From an uncultured Verrucomicrobiae bacterium (GTDB lineage: Bacteria; Verrucomicrobiota; Verrucomicrobiia; Chthoniobacterales; JAFAMB01): 64,000 nucleotides of DNA. The stretch's first letter is position 1; each line of letters starts with the position of its first letter. Shown here one piece after another: positions 1-9,220 of the stretch. The stretch covers positions 1,984,001 through 2,048,000 of the forward strand of contig CAWIPH010000002.1 in assembly GCA_963837955.1 (NCBI GenBank), written 5' to 3'. The translations under genes and the position numbers were made by a program. The notes beneath the pieces are model-generated. The model was not told the origin of the DNA. It ran no database searches and saw only the letters and a list, made by a program, of their open reading frames with translations.

Positions 1-80
1 CAGCCGGTGACAATGTCTTGCCGCACTTGAGTTCAAGTACGATCGCGAAGTTCCGCGATTACCGCTTGTTACCAACTAAT

Positions 81-153
81 TGGAGGTAAGGGGATTCGAA
101 CCCCTGGCCTTCTCATTGCGAACGAGACGCTCTACCAACTGAGCTATACCCCC
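81..153 (-). tRNA. tRNA-Ala (anticodon CGC)
   Basis: Reverse complement folds as a cloverleaf: acceptor GGGGGTA/TACCTCC with G3:U70, D arm GCTCAGTTGGTAGAGC, anticodon loop TT-CGC-AA, T loop TTCGAAT; CCA not encoded. Confidence 0.95.
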
Positions 154-287
154 ATTTGGGAAAGGGTGGATAGTTACAATCGAAGGAGCTGATTCGCAAG
201 TTGGTTTTCCAGCCTGGGACGCTCCAATCGGGGTCGAGGATCAAGACGAAAGCCCATAGTTTGTGTAAATCTCGTGGCTTCTATCCT

Positions 288-1385
288 TTAGAGGTTTCCG
301 CGGCGAGCTTGTTCGCGCTCGAGGGCCTCGAATAATGCTTTGAAGTTGCCGACACCAAATCCCTGACTGCCGTGACGCCGGATCACTTCGTAAAAGACCG
401 TCGGACGATCCTGGATCGGTTGGCTGAAAATCTGGAGTAAGTAACCTTCGTCGTCGCGGTCCACCAAAATACCCCGCTTCGCCAGTTCGCCAATATCCTC
501 GTCGATCGGACCAACTCTGGCCGGCAACTCTTCGTAATAGGCGGGGGGAATACGCAGAAAATCGACGCCGGACGCGGTCAATGCGTCGACGGTCGCGATT
601 ATATCTTTGGTCGCGAGAGCAATGTGCTGCACTCCAGGTCCGCCGTAGTGGATGAGGTATTCTTCGATCTGGCTGCGTCGTTTTCCTTCGGCCGGTTCGT
701 TGATCGGAAATTTGATTCGGCCAGAGCCGTTCTGCATGACCTTGCTCATCAAGGCGGAATAATCAGTACTGATATCGCTGTCTTTGAAATGAGTCAGCTG
801 AGTAAAGCCCATTACGTCACGATAAAATCCGACCCACTCGTTCATTTTTCCGAGCTCGACATTACCGACGATATGATCGATGGCCGCTATCCCGGTGTCG
901 GTAACGGACGGCGGATTTTCAATCTTCTTAAAGCCCGGTAAAATACCGCGGTAGTTGTCCCGTTCGATGAAGCTGTGAACCGTGTCGCCGTAGGTAGCGA
1001 TCGTTGCGCGAACAAAGCGCCCAAAACCATCTTCAAATTCTTGTGGTTCTTGGATCGCTTTGCCGCCGCGTTTAACCGCTTCGTTAAATGCCGCCCGGGC
1101 ATCGTGGACGCGTAGGGCGATGTCACGGACGCCATCGCCGTGGGCTGCGATATGACGGGAGATTTCCGGTGCAGAATCTGGAGCTAAACAGGAGGTGAGA
1201 AGAAAATGCACCTGGCCGCGTCCGACCAGCCAAGAGGCTCGATCGCGTACACCAGTTTCGAGTCCGGAATAGGCGATGGGAACGAGACCGAGAGCGGTCC
1301 GATAGAAATGGGCTGCTTGCCGAGCGTTTGATACATAAAACTCGACGTAATCGATGCCTTGGAATTCGAGAGGGTCAGAACTCAT
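288..1385 (-). CDS. hppD: 4-hydroxyphenylpyruvate dioxygenase
   Basis: IDHIVGNV, PGVQHIAL, GYLLQIFS, FYEVIRR and GFGVGNFKALFEALE motifs. Confidence 0.95.
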   Translation of the reverse strand: MSSDPLEFQGIDYVEFYVSNARQAAHFYRTALGLVPIAYSGLETGVRDRASWLVGRGQVHFLLTSCLAPDSAPEISRHIAAHGDGVRDIALRVHDARAAFNEAVKRGGKAIQEPQEFEDGFGRFVRATIATYGDTVHSFIERDNYRGILPGFKKIENPPSVTDTGIAAIDHIVGNVELGKMNEWVGFYRDVMGFTQLTHFKDSDISTDYSALMSKVMQNGSGRIKFPINEPAEGKRRSQIEEYLIHYGGPGVQHIALATKDIIATVDALTASGVDFLRIPPAYYEELPARVGPIDEDIGELAKRGILVDRDDEGYLLQIFSQPIQDRPTVFYEVIRRHGSQGFGVGNFKALFEALEREQARRGNL

Positions 1386-1518
1386 ATTGATGGGGGGAGG
1401 GTTGCTGGTCCGCGGCCGCGGGATCGAGCCGGGGAAGGCTTCAATTAAAAGATTAAAGATACAGTCCGACCGGCTTCCGAGGCAAACTAAAAGGGGAGGT
1501 TAAAACATTGATCATTCA

Positions 1519-1553
1519 TTCCGATAATTGGAATGCTGTTCCGAAATATGAAG
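1519..1553. promoter_or_regulatory. candidate IclR operator upstream of hppD (TTCC-N7-GGAA plus weaker box 20 bp away)
   Basis: TTCCGATAATTGGAA at 1519-1533 and TTCCGAAATATGAAG at 1539-1553; same motif upstream of hmgA. Confidence 0.45.
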
Positions 1554-1580
1554 AATTCGCGCGTGGCAAACTCCCAGACC

Positions 1581-1761
1581 GGTAGGGCGAAAACCTCGGC
1601 GCGCCGGGAACGTTTCGATTTCTTTTGTGCGGGTCGCGCCGGGTTTGAGCCGCCCCTTGCATCAATCTGTGTTGCGTTTTTTTCCCTCGCGTTCCTCAGT
1701 CGGACGGGCACGAACGGCTCAAGCCGGTACGGCTGAGACCGTACCAAGCTTTCGCCCTACC
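1581..1761. mobile_element. REPIN/MITE-like non-autonomous derivative of the RAYT element at 8541-9213
   Basis: Terminal GGTAGGGCGAAA...TTTCGCCCTACC; both arms match the two flanks of the RAYT gene in inverted orientation. Confidence 0.75.
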
Positions 1762-1836
1762 AATCGGGGTTAGAACGGACGCACAGGAGCGCGTCCCTAC
1801 CGACGATGAGGCGTGGTCAACGCACTGATCGCCCCC

Positions 1837-2595
1837 CTACCGAACAAGCCCTCCCGAAGCTTTCTTAAGCGTCGTAATGATCTTGAGCGCTTTCATCCGA
1901 TCCGTTCTCAGCTCGGGAGCGACCGCGACTAACACTAACGGCGCGCGGCGATGCAGTGTATCTTTCCAGCTCACTGGTACTGCCATTCCGACAAGCTCTT
2001 CGGTGTATTCGCCGTGTTCGATCATGTGCCCGTCCTGGCGCACTTGCTGAAGGCGCCGCAGCAATTTCGCTCGATCGACGATCGTCCGCGAAGTGTATTT
2101 GGGTAGTTTCTTTGGCAAATAACCTGGCCAGCTTTCCACCGGAAGATTTGCCAATAAGGTAAGGCCGGTCGCTCCAAACAGTAATTCACGACGGAAACCA
2201 GCCCGCGCAGCTACCCGCAGCGCGCGCTTCGGCTCAGCGACCGCCAAGTAGAGTAACTCTTTTCCTTCGACGGTTGCAGCCAGCACCGTCTCTCCCAATT
2301 TTTCCGCCAATGATTCAACCGTGTGATTGAGCTCCTCGCCAAAAGAAAGTCCTTCCCGGGCAATCATGCCCAGCTCGAAGAGCCGCAAGCTGGGCCGGTA
2401 ACCATCAGCCGAGCCCGACAACAAATCACATTCCGTCGCGACCTTGAGAACCCGGAAGACAGACGTCTTTGGAAGTTTGGAAAGGCGGGTCAAGTCGGCG
2501 AGGGAGCGGACCGGATGGTCCAGGTCAAATTGCTCGAGAACTCGGCTGAGTTTCTTAAGCGTGCCGGTTGCATCTGATTCCCGTTTTTTCGGCAT
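1837..2595 (-). CDS. IclR family transcriptional regulator
   Basis: N-terminal HTH (LADLTRLSKLPKTSVFRVL), LFELG, GETV and YTSRTIVD effector-domain motifs. Confidence 0.9.
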   Translation of the reverse strand: MPKKRESDATGTLKKLSRVLEQFDLDHPVRSLADLTRLSKLPKTSVFRVLKVATECDLLSGSADGYRPSLRLFELGMIAREGLSFGEELNHTVESLAEKLGETVLAATVEGKELLYLAVAEPKRALRVAARAGFRRELLFGATGLTLLANLPVESWPGYLPKKLPKYTSRTIVDRAKLLRRLQQVRQDGHMIEHGEYTEELVGMAVPVSWKDTLHRRAPLVLVAVAPELRTDRMKALKIITTLKKASGGLVR

Positions 2596-2730
2596 AAGGC
2601 TCGGTCCGACAGGCCGCCTCGCTATCGCCTGTGCGCGTCAAAATGAGGCTTAGAACCATGCGCAGAAGACTTTCCCAGCTTGTCCGCCGGAGGCCGCCCC
2701 ATAGCAAAGCGACGGCGTGGCGAAGGAGGA

Positions 2731-2948
2731 AGGGACTCAATGAAAGTAGCCCAGTACGAAGTGCTGGGAAATAATGCAAAAAGAGACGTCCGTCCCGGAG
2801 GGACGATCGAAGTGTTTTGGCTCCTGATCTTCTCGTATGCGGCTTCACCAGCGTAAGCAACCCTCGATCGTCCCATCCGGGACGGGTCGCTTTTTTGACG
2901 CCACCCAGCACTTCGTACTGGGCTACTTTCATCGGGTCCTTCAGGGAC
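2731..2948. repeat. REPIN family A (GAAAGTAGCCCAG..CTGGG / CGTCCCGGAGGGAC arms)
   Basis: Inverted arms ATGAAAGTAGCCCAGTACGAAGTGCTGGG / CCCAGCACTTCGTACTGGGCTACTTTCAT; related copies at 5513 and 10769. Confidence 0.85.
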
Positions 2949-3024
2949 CAATGCTCTTGGCCCCCTGTCCGTTCTGTACGACCGATGGATATTTCGCCCC
3001 CTTTTCGCCAGGCACATTCGCAGG

Positions 3025-4188
3025 CTAGACGTTTGCCGGTTGGGGAGTTTCGATCGGGTAGTACCAGGAGGTTGAGTAGGCTTCGACCGCTCCCTTGAGC
3101 CCGTCAGGAGTGATGAACAACGGTTCAACAGTATCAAGAGCGACCGCGTATTCATTCGTCTGTTTGGTCAAGCCTTTGCGATCCCGCTCCCAGGCTTGGG
3201 GGTGTGGACCGTGATCGATACCCATCGGATGCAGCGTAAGCATTCCGGGCTCAATTCCGCCGCGGGAGAAGAAAGTTCCGTCGTGATAGAAGATCACTTC
3301 ATCGCAATCGATGTTCCGGTGATAATAGGGTAGGCGCAAAACCTCATCGTCTCCAAGGAATCGCGGAGCAAATGTCCCTACGAAGACTTCGTCACTGGAG
3401 AAAGTTGCGCCCGCCGTGGGCGGAACATGATAACGCATGCTGGCTACCGGACGGAAATCGCGAACGTTAAGTTTACTTGGGAGAACGGTTCCCTTGTAGC
3501 CAACGACGTTTTCGATCGGATTGAAGTCAAAGAAAAGCCGAGTACGAAAACCGGTGCGCTTGATTTGCAGTTCAAACTCTTTGCCCTCTAGATCCGATCG
3601 TTTTTGATCGAAATCAGGATACTGGATCACGCCAGGATCAAAGAGGGCGTGCATCCCAAGAATTCCGCGATCAGGAATACCGTATGGAGTGCGGGATTCC
3701 GCGACGAAGGCCAACGTGTCATCGGAGTGCGGCACTAGGCGATAGACGCATCCCTTTGGAATAACGATATAATCGCCTGGCCGGTAAGGTAGGAGCCCGA
3801 ACTCGGTCTCGAAAACGCCTTCGCCGCGATGAAAGAAGTAGAGTTCATCGCCATCAACAGTCTTGTAGAGATAAGGCATCGGCTGGCGCCGGCGGGACAG
3901 AAAGATGGACATCGATTTTTTGGCACATGCAGCCATCGATTGCATTAACAACATTGGAGTACCGCGTGCGTCCAAGCTGTCTTCGGTCTCCAACTTCCGG
4001 CAATCCAACGCCATAGGTTTGAGAGGCCCCTCGATTCGCTTCCAAGCAGACGGCATCTCCCGCGTGTAGAGATGCGTCGCTTCGCCGAAAAATCCCTGGC
4101 GACCGTACTCCATCTCGTAGGTCCCCTCCGGGACTCGCACGTGGGCTTGGTTTGGGTAAACACCATTTTTCAGGGGGAACCTTTGCAT
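3025..4188 (-). CDS. hmgA: homogentisate 1,2-dioxygenase
   Basis: DGDELYFFHRG, PYYHRNIDCDEVIFYH and TLHPMGIDHGPHP iron-binding motifs; start placed at MQRFP (4188). Confidence 0.9.
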   Translation of the reverse strand: MQRFPLKNGVYPNQAHVRVPEGTYEMEYGRQGFFGEATHLYTREMPSAWKRIEGPLKPMALDCRKLETEDSLDARGTPMLLMQSMAACAKKSMSIFLSRRRQPMPYLYKTVDGDELYFFHRGEGVFETEFGLLPYRPGDYIVIPKGCVYRLVPHSDDTLAFVAESRTPYGIPDRGILGMHALFDPGVIQYPDFDQKRSDLEGKEFELQIKRTGFRTRLFFDFNPIENVVGYKGTVLPSKLNVRDFRPVASMRYHVPPTAGATFSSDEVFVGTFAPRFLGDDEVLRLPYYHRNIDCDEVIFYHDGTFFSRGGIEPGMLTLHPMGIDHGPHPQAWERDRKGLTKQTNEYAVALDTVEPLFITPDGLKGAVEAYSTSWYYPIETPQPANV

Positions 4189-4213
4189 AGATAATTCCGG
4201 TTGATTTGGACTA

Positions 4214-4248
4214 TTCCAACTAATAGCACACGATTCCGCCTGACGGAA
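4214..4248. promoter_or_regulatory. candidate IclR operator upstream of hmgA
   Basis: TTCCGCCTGACGGAA at 4234-4248 plus weaker TTCC box at 4214, the same 20-bp spacing as at hppD. Confidence 0.45.
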
Positions 4249-4351
4249 CAAAAGAACGGAGCGGATTTATGGTACCAGCGGCCGTCCGGGCCCGATCTTA
4301 GGCCCTTTCAGGGCAGATCGTTTTATTGGAAGTTATCCCGGGTTAAAACCA

Positions 4352-4403
4352 GGGAGGGATCGCGTCCTCGCGATCCGCGGCGCACGAGGACGTGCGCCCT
4401 CCC
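4352..4403. repeat. REP doublet family B (GGAGGGATCGCGTCCTCGCGATCCGCGGCGCACGAGGACGTGCGCCCTCC)
   Basis: Identical copy at 18047-18097, interrupted copy at 55631-55740, partial copy near 23199. Confidence 0.9.
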
Positions 4404-4494
4404 CGCCGAGAATTCCGTTTGGGTACACCGGGTTTGAATCGCGTGTTATCGAAGCAAAACAGATCATGCTAATACTTGGTCGCACCAGACCGTT

Positions 4495-5406
4495 ATGACG
4501 GCGCTCATAATAGCCCCAACTAATCTTGGCCTGAGACCAACACCCGCCGGTGGAGAGCCCGGATGTTGGGCGGCACCCGCTGTTCTTGAATCGGCCGGCT
4601 TCGCTCAGCAGCTCCAAATCGCCAAACGTATAGCACTCGCGCGCCCAAAGTATTCGTTCCAAGCGGAGCCAGGCACACGGATACGGAACGGAGGTGCTAT
4701 ACGTCGATTCAATGAAGGACTCGCCGAGCGGGTTGCCAGTACGCTCCAGGCGGGCGATCGGGCTTTGGTTCTCGGCGGCGACTGCAGCTTGTTGCTAGGC
4801 TGCCTCGCCGGGGTGCGCACCTTAGGTTGCTGTGGGCTCGTCCATGTCGACGGACACAGCGATTTTTATCATCCGGGAAACTACGACGCGAATTCCAGAC
4901 TCGGGTCTGCTGCGGGAATGGATTTAGCGTTAGCCACCGGGCGGGGCGAGACGCTATTGACAGTGTACCAAGGACTGGATGGTCCGCTCGTGAACGACGA
5001 ACTAGTGGTCCAAATCGGCGAGCGCGAGAACCGTGACGCAAATTACGCGTTCCCTGACATTTTGAGCACAAACATCGCGCAACACGACATCTTCAGAACG
5101 CTTGACGTCGGTATTGAGGCGGTAGCGCAAGAGACGGTTGCGACGCTAAGCGCCGATCGGATCGATCGCCTATGGTTGCACGTAGACCTGGATGTCCTCG
5201 ACCAGCTGATTATGCCGGCGGTGGACTCCCCGGGTGAGCCTGGACTCAAATTCGACGAGTTGGCGCGGCTCATTGATTCGATTGCAGGATCGGGTCGATT
5301 GGTCGGAGTGGATGTAACGATCTATGATCCGGAGCTTGACCCGGACCGAGTTTTCGGGCCGAAGATTGTCGAATGTTTGGTAGAGGGGCTGCGCGCCTGG
5401 GTCTAG
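4495..5406 (+). CDS. arginase/ureohydrolase family protein
   Basis: GGDCS, HVDGHSD and HVDLDVLD metal-binding motifs. Confidence 0.85.
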   Translation: MTALIIAPTNLGLRPTPAGGEPGCWAAPAVLESAGFAQQLQIAKRIALARPKYSFQAEPGTRIRNGGAIRRFNEGLAERVASTLQAGDRALVLGGDCSLLLGCLAGVRTLGCCGLVHVDGHSDFYHPGNYDANSRLGSAAGMDLALATGRGETLLTVYQGLDGPLVNDELVVQIGERENRDANYAFPDILSTNIAQHDIFRTLDVGIEAVAQETVATLSADRIDRLWLHVDLDVLDQLIMPAVDSPGEPGLKFDELARLIDSIAGSGRLVGVDVTIYDPELDPDRVFGPKIVECLVEGLRAWV

Positions 5407-5512
5407 TGCCCCTAGAGCACCCGCAACTCGCAGCGCGTGTGTTTTTCAGAGGGGCACCACCGCGTGACGCCATATGAAGAGCCAAGTGCTGTGGGCGCAC
5501 ATCAAGAGATTT

Positions 5513-5733
5513 GTCCCGGATGGACATCGTGAAAGTAGCCCAGCAATTTATTGCTGGGTAGATGGCATAGAGGGGCCGTCCCGTGAGGGACGTTAGAAAC
5601 GTTGAGGTAATGGCGTCCGATGCGAACTTCACGAGCCCAGATGGAATCGATCGTCCCTATCGGGACGGACGCGTCTTAAACACTATCCCAGCACTGAAGT
5701 GCTGGGCTACTTTCACTGCGTCCCTTCCGGGAC
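5513..5733. repeat. REPIN family A copy
   Basis: GTGAAAGTAGCCCAGCA...TGCTGGGCTACTTTCAC inverted arms with internal GTCCC/GGGAC hairpins. Confidence 0.85.
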
Positions 5734-5909
5734 GGGACCCTCTTTACTTCTATTCCCAGTCCCACGGCTGCGTGCCGCTGTGTGGCTCTCTGCCCCTATT
5801 ACGGTCTCACACTGTGATGCCTTATTGAGGGCAACCGCATTAATCGACTAATCCCGGGTTAACCCTCCAGGCTGACGCAGACGGGCGGACTACCGACCGT
5901 CACCAAACC

Positions 5910-7079
5910 CTAAATATACGTCAACGCTTCTGCTAGATCCGACCTGAGATCCTCGACGTCTTCCACGCCGACAGAGAGCCGAATGAGAGTGTCATCAATC
6001 CCGAGTTGAGTCCGCTGCTCCGCTGGGATTGAGCCGTGGGTCATCAAGGCCGGATGTTCGATGAGGCTTTCAACGCCGCCGAGACTTTCGGCTAGCGCGA
6101 AAAGGTGGGTATTTTCCAGGAACCGGCGGGCGCCCTCTAGATCAGAGTCCAAATAGATCGTGATCATGCCGCCAAAGCCTTTCATCTGCCGTCGAGCTAA
6201 TTCGTGCTGAGGGTGCGAGGCTAGCCCAGGATAGCGCACTTGTCTCACTTTGGGTTGTTTCTCCAACCAAGCCGCGAGCTCGGCCGCGTTCGCGCAGTGT
6301 CGTTCCATGCGGAGGGCCAAGGTTTTCAAGCCGCGCAAAGCAAGGAAGCTATCAAAAGGTCCGGCCACAGCTCCCACCGCGTTTTGGAGAAAGGCCAAGC
6401 GGTCGCTCAAAGCTGCTCTTCCTGGTGCCACTACGACGATGCCGCCTACCATATCGGAATGGCCATTCAGATATTTTGTGGCGGAATGGACAACGATATC
6501 GACACCAAGGTCGATCGGCCGCTGGATCCATGGGCTGGCGAACGTATTGTCGGCTACGGTCACCAAGTTGTTTTCGCGAGAAAATCGAGCAACCGCTTCA
6601 AGATCGATCAACTTCAACAGCGGATTACTCGGCGTCTCGACCCAGGTCATTTTGGTGTTTTTGCGAATCGCTTTCTTCAGCGCCGCCGGATCAGTCATAT
6701 CGATGAAACTGAATTCGAGGTTAGCCGATTTGGAACGAACTCGCTCGAATAGGCGGAAAGTGCCCCCGTACAGATCATCGCTCGCGATTATGTGTGACCC
6801 GGCCTCCAAAGTTTCAAGCACGGTGGCCATCCCAGCGAGTCCCGAAGCAAATGCAAAACCACGTTCGCCATTTTCCAGATCGGCCAGGCAACGCTCGTAC
6901 GCCAGGCGGGTGGGATTGATGCTACGCGCATAATCGTAGCCCTTGTGTTTGCCTGGGCTCTCCTGAACGTAAGTGGACGTCTGATAAATTGGAGTCATGA
7001 TCGCCCCGGTCGACGGATCTGGCTCTTGGCCAGCATGAATGACTCGAGTAGCGAATGCCTTTTTCTGAGGGTTTTTCAT
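5910..7079 (-). CDS. cystathionine gamma-lyase/gamma-synthase (Cys/Met metabolism PLP enzyme)
   Basis: HSATKYLNGHSD PLP-lysine motif, ETPSNP, LAESLGGVESL. Confidence 0.9.
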   Translation of the reverse strand: MKNPQKKAFATRVIHAGQEPDPSTGAIMTPIYQTSTYVQESPGKHKGYDYARSINPTRLAYERCLADLENGERGFAFASGLAGMATVLETLEAGSHIIASDDLYGGTFRLFERVRSKSANLEFSFIDMTDPAALKKAIRKNTKMTWVETPSNPLLKLIDLEAVARFSRENNLVTVADNTFASPWIQRPIDLGVDIVVHSATKYLNGHSDMVGGIVVVAPGRAALSDRLAFLQNAVGAVAGPFDSFLALRGLKTLALRMERHCANAAELAAWLEKQPKVRQVRYPGLASHPQHELARRQMKGFGGMITIYLDSDLEGARRFLENTHLFALAESLGGVESLIEHPALMTHGSIPAEQRTQLGIDDTLIRLSVGVEDVEDLRSDLAEALTYI

Positions 7080-8473
7080 GAGATGCGACGTCGGAGATAG
7101 TTGAGAAGATCGATGCGGGTGATCAGACCGACGAATTGACCGTCCTTAACCACGATAGCGACTTTTCCGTTATCGAGAATGTTGCGGACGTCATCAAGAG
7201 AATCGGACGGTTCCAACGTTTCCACGCGATTGGTCATCGCGGTTCGGACCTCATCGCGAAAAGTGCCACCACCGTTCTGAACTCGGGTCAGAAGATCAGA
7301 TTCATCCAGGATACCGATTAATTGATCGCCTGCGAGCACCGGTACCTGGGATATATCGGCGATCCGCATGCGGTTGAACGCGGTAAGGAGCGTATCGGTC
7401 GGCCCAACGCTCACTACAGTGCCGTCTTGGTACCGCCGGGAAACCGCGTCTCGAAGATCGCCAAAAGTTTCTCTTTGCAGAAAACCTTGATCGGTCATCC
7501 AGATGTCGTTGAACATCTTGGAGAGGTATTTACTACCGCTGTCGCAAGCAAAAGTGACCACCCGTTTTGGCGAGGACTGTTCTCGGCAGTAGGCAAGTGC
7601 CGCAGCGAACAGCGTACCGGATGACGAGCCGACGAAGACACCTTCTTTTTTAAGAAGTTCCCGAGCGGCATGAAAGCTCTCTTGATCCGAGATGCTGTAC
7701 GCTGTGCGGACCCGGGAAAGGTCGGCAATCGGCGGAATGAAATCTTCGCCGATTCCTTCGACTAACCAGGAACCCGGCTTATTCATAGTGCCCTTTGTGA
7801 CATAGTCCGCCAAGACCGATCCGACAGGATCGGCCAATATGATTTCGCAATCAGGGGCTACTCTCGCGAAAAAACGACTGAGGCCGGTCAGCGTACCGCT
7901 GGATCCCACACCGACGACTACCGCGTCCACGCGCCGTTCCATCTGTTCCCAGATTTCAGGTCCAGTGGTTTCCTCATGAGCCAATGGGTTAGTCTCATTA
8001 GCAAATTGGTTTACATAGAAAGAGTCGGGTGTCTCCTTGGCAATCTGCGCTGCCAGATCCTGGTAATATTCCGGATGCCCTTTTGCGACATCGGATCGGG
8101 TGATCACTGTCTTGGCTCCGAGCGCTCGCAAATGAAGGATCTTTTCCTGGGACATTTTATCCGGGATAACCAGGATCAGGTGGTAGCCTTTGGCGGCCGC
8201 AACCAGCGCCAACCCGAGGCCAGTATTGCCGGCGGTAGCCTCAATGATTGTGCCGCCCGGTTTCAGATCGCCGTGGCGTTCCGCAGCTTCCACCATGGCC
8301 AATGCCATTCGGTCTTTGATCGAACCGGTGGGATTTTGAGTCTCCAGCTTCAGAAACAAGTGGCAAACCCCAACATCAAAACGGGTCACTTCGATCAGCG
8401 GTGTTTTTCCGATCAATGAGAGGATCGCCGGATTCTCGATTTGCGGAGCGAATGAAGGCGGGGCGGAGGCCAT
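7076..8473 (-). CDS. cystathionine beta-synthase with C-terminal CBS-domain pair
   Basis: NPTGSIKDR, EATAGNTG, GVGSSGT, EGIG and C-terminal CBS domains; ATGA overlap with the downstream gene. Confidence 0.9.
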   Translation of the reverse strand: MASAPPSFAPQIENPAILSLIGKTPLIEVTRFDVGVCHLFLKLETQNPTGSIKDRMALAMVEAAERHGDLKPGGTIIEATAGNTGLGLALVAAAKGYHLILVIPDKMSQEKILHLRALGAKTVITRSDVAKGHPEYYQDLAAQIAKETPDSFYVNQFANETNPLAHEETTGPEIWEQMERRVDAVVVGVGSSGTLTGLSRFFARVAPDCEIILADPVGSVLADYVTKGTMNKPGSWLVEGIGEDFIPPIADLSRVRTAYSISDQESFHAARELLKKEGVFVGSSSGTLFAAALAYCREQSSPKRVVTFACDSGSKYLSKMFNDIWMTDQGFLQRETFGDLRDAVSRRYQDGTVVSVGPTDTLLTAFNRMRIADISQVPVLAGDQLIGILDESDLLTRVQNGGGTFRDEVRTAMTNRVETLEPSDSLDDVRNILDNGKVAIVVKDGQFVGLITRIDLLNYLRRRIS

Positions 8474-8540
8474 GACATTGAATCTCCCGTGGCCCGTTCC
8501 TCCGAGTCAAGTCGATACGCAGGAATTCCGGCGAAAATGA

Positions 8541-9213
8541 GGTAGGGCGAAAGCCTGGGGCGGTATCAGCCGCACCGGCTTGAGCCGTTTGTGTCTGATC
8601 GCGGGCTTCAGAACCACCAGCGCTCGGCCTTCACCAATTCTCCACGATAGGGCCAGTCCCGGATGCGCCTCACAAGCCCCGCGCGGACCGGGTTTTCGTC
8701 CATATAGATTCGCTTTTCGATTGCGCCTTCGAAACAACGGAGGCGATGATGGAACGATCCTGGCTGCCACCGAAATTCAGGGTTCTTCAAGACTCGAGCG
8801 ACACCGCGTTTCCAGCACGTGATCCAATCATCGAAGGCTATTGGCTCTGCACCCGGTTCGGTGAAGAAATGTACATGGTCTGGCATGATGACGTAAGCGC
8901 TTACGATCCAACGACTGTGGCGGAGCCACGCGGCACGAAGGACACTGTGCACGCGTGGGGTGGCTAGCCATGGTTTCCGCTTCCTCGTGCACGTTGTTGC
9001 GAATACCAAAGTGGGAAGAGTTTCGTCTTCGAGAACTCCTCGGGCGGGGTGACGCCGTTGAGTATATAACATATTTATAAGATGTAGCTCAGTGTGTCGG
9101 GAAATCAAGTCCATCCGGGCAGGGTCGATCCCTGGGCTGCGGCTCAAACCCGGCGCGCGTGACGCAAGGTATCTCAGTGTTTTCCGGCAGCGCGCCGAGG
9201 TTTTCGCCCCACC
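8541..9213 (-). mobile_element. RAYT cassette bounded by inverted GGTAGGGCGAA-type REPs
   Basis: GGTAGGGCGAAA at 8541 and TTTCGCCCCACC ending 9213 enclose the transposase gene. Confidence 0.75.
8608..9147 (-). CDS. REP-associated tyrosine transposase (RAYT/TnpA-REP, Y1 HUH); true start may be internal (e.g. 9072)
   Basis: YVIMPDHVH HUH motif, WQPGSFHHRLR, YMDENPVRAGL catalytic Tyr, DWPY. Confidence 0.9.
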   Translation of the reverse strand: MSRSPGIDPARMDLISRHTELHLINMLYTQRRHPARGVLEDETLPTLVFATTCTRKRKPWLATPRVHSVLRAAWLRHSRWIVSAYVIMPDHVHFFTEPGAEPIAFDDWITCWKRGVARVLKNPEFRWQPGSFHHRLRCFEGAIEKRIYMDENPVRAGLVRRIRDWPYRGELVKAERWWF

Positions 9214-9220
9214 GGTAGGG

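Noticed and set aside
81..153. tRNA as an island integration site
   Set aside because: No integrase and no duplicated tRNA 3' end noticed; the 3' side faces out of the window, so it cannot be judged.
2555..3155. Similar small ORFs (MKVAQYEVLG.. here, MKVAKYEVLG.. at 10785) suggesting a peptide family
   Set aside because: They are translations of REPIN family A copies, not evidence of genes.
4495..5406. GGDCS instead of GGDHS as a sign of a dead arginase
   Set aside because: Other metal ligands are intact and this variant occurs in many ureohydrolase-family proteins; nothing specific can be concluded.
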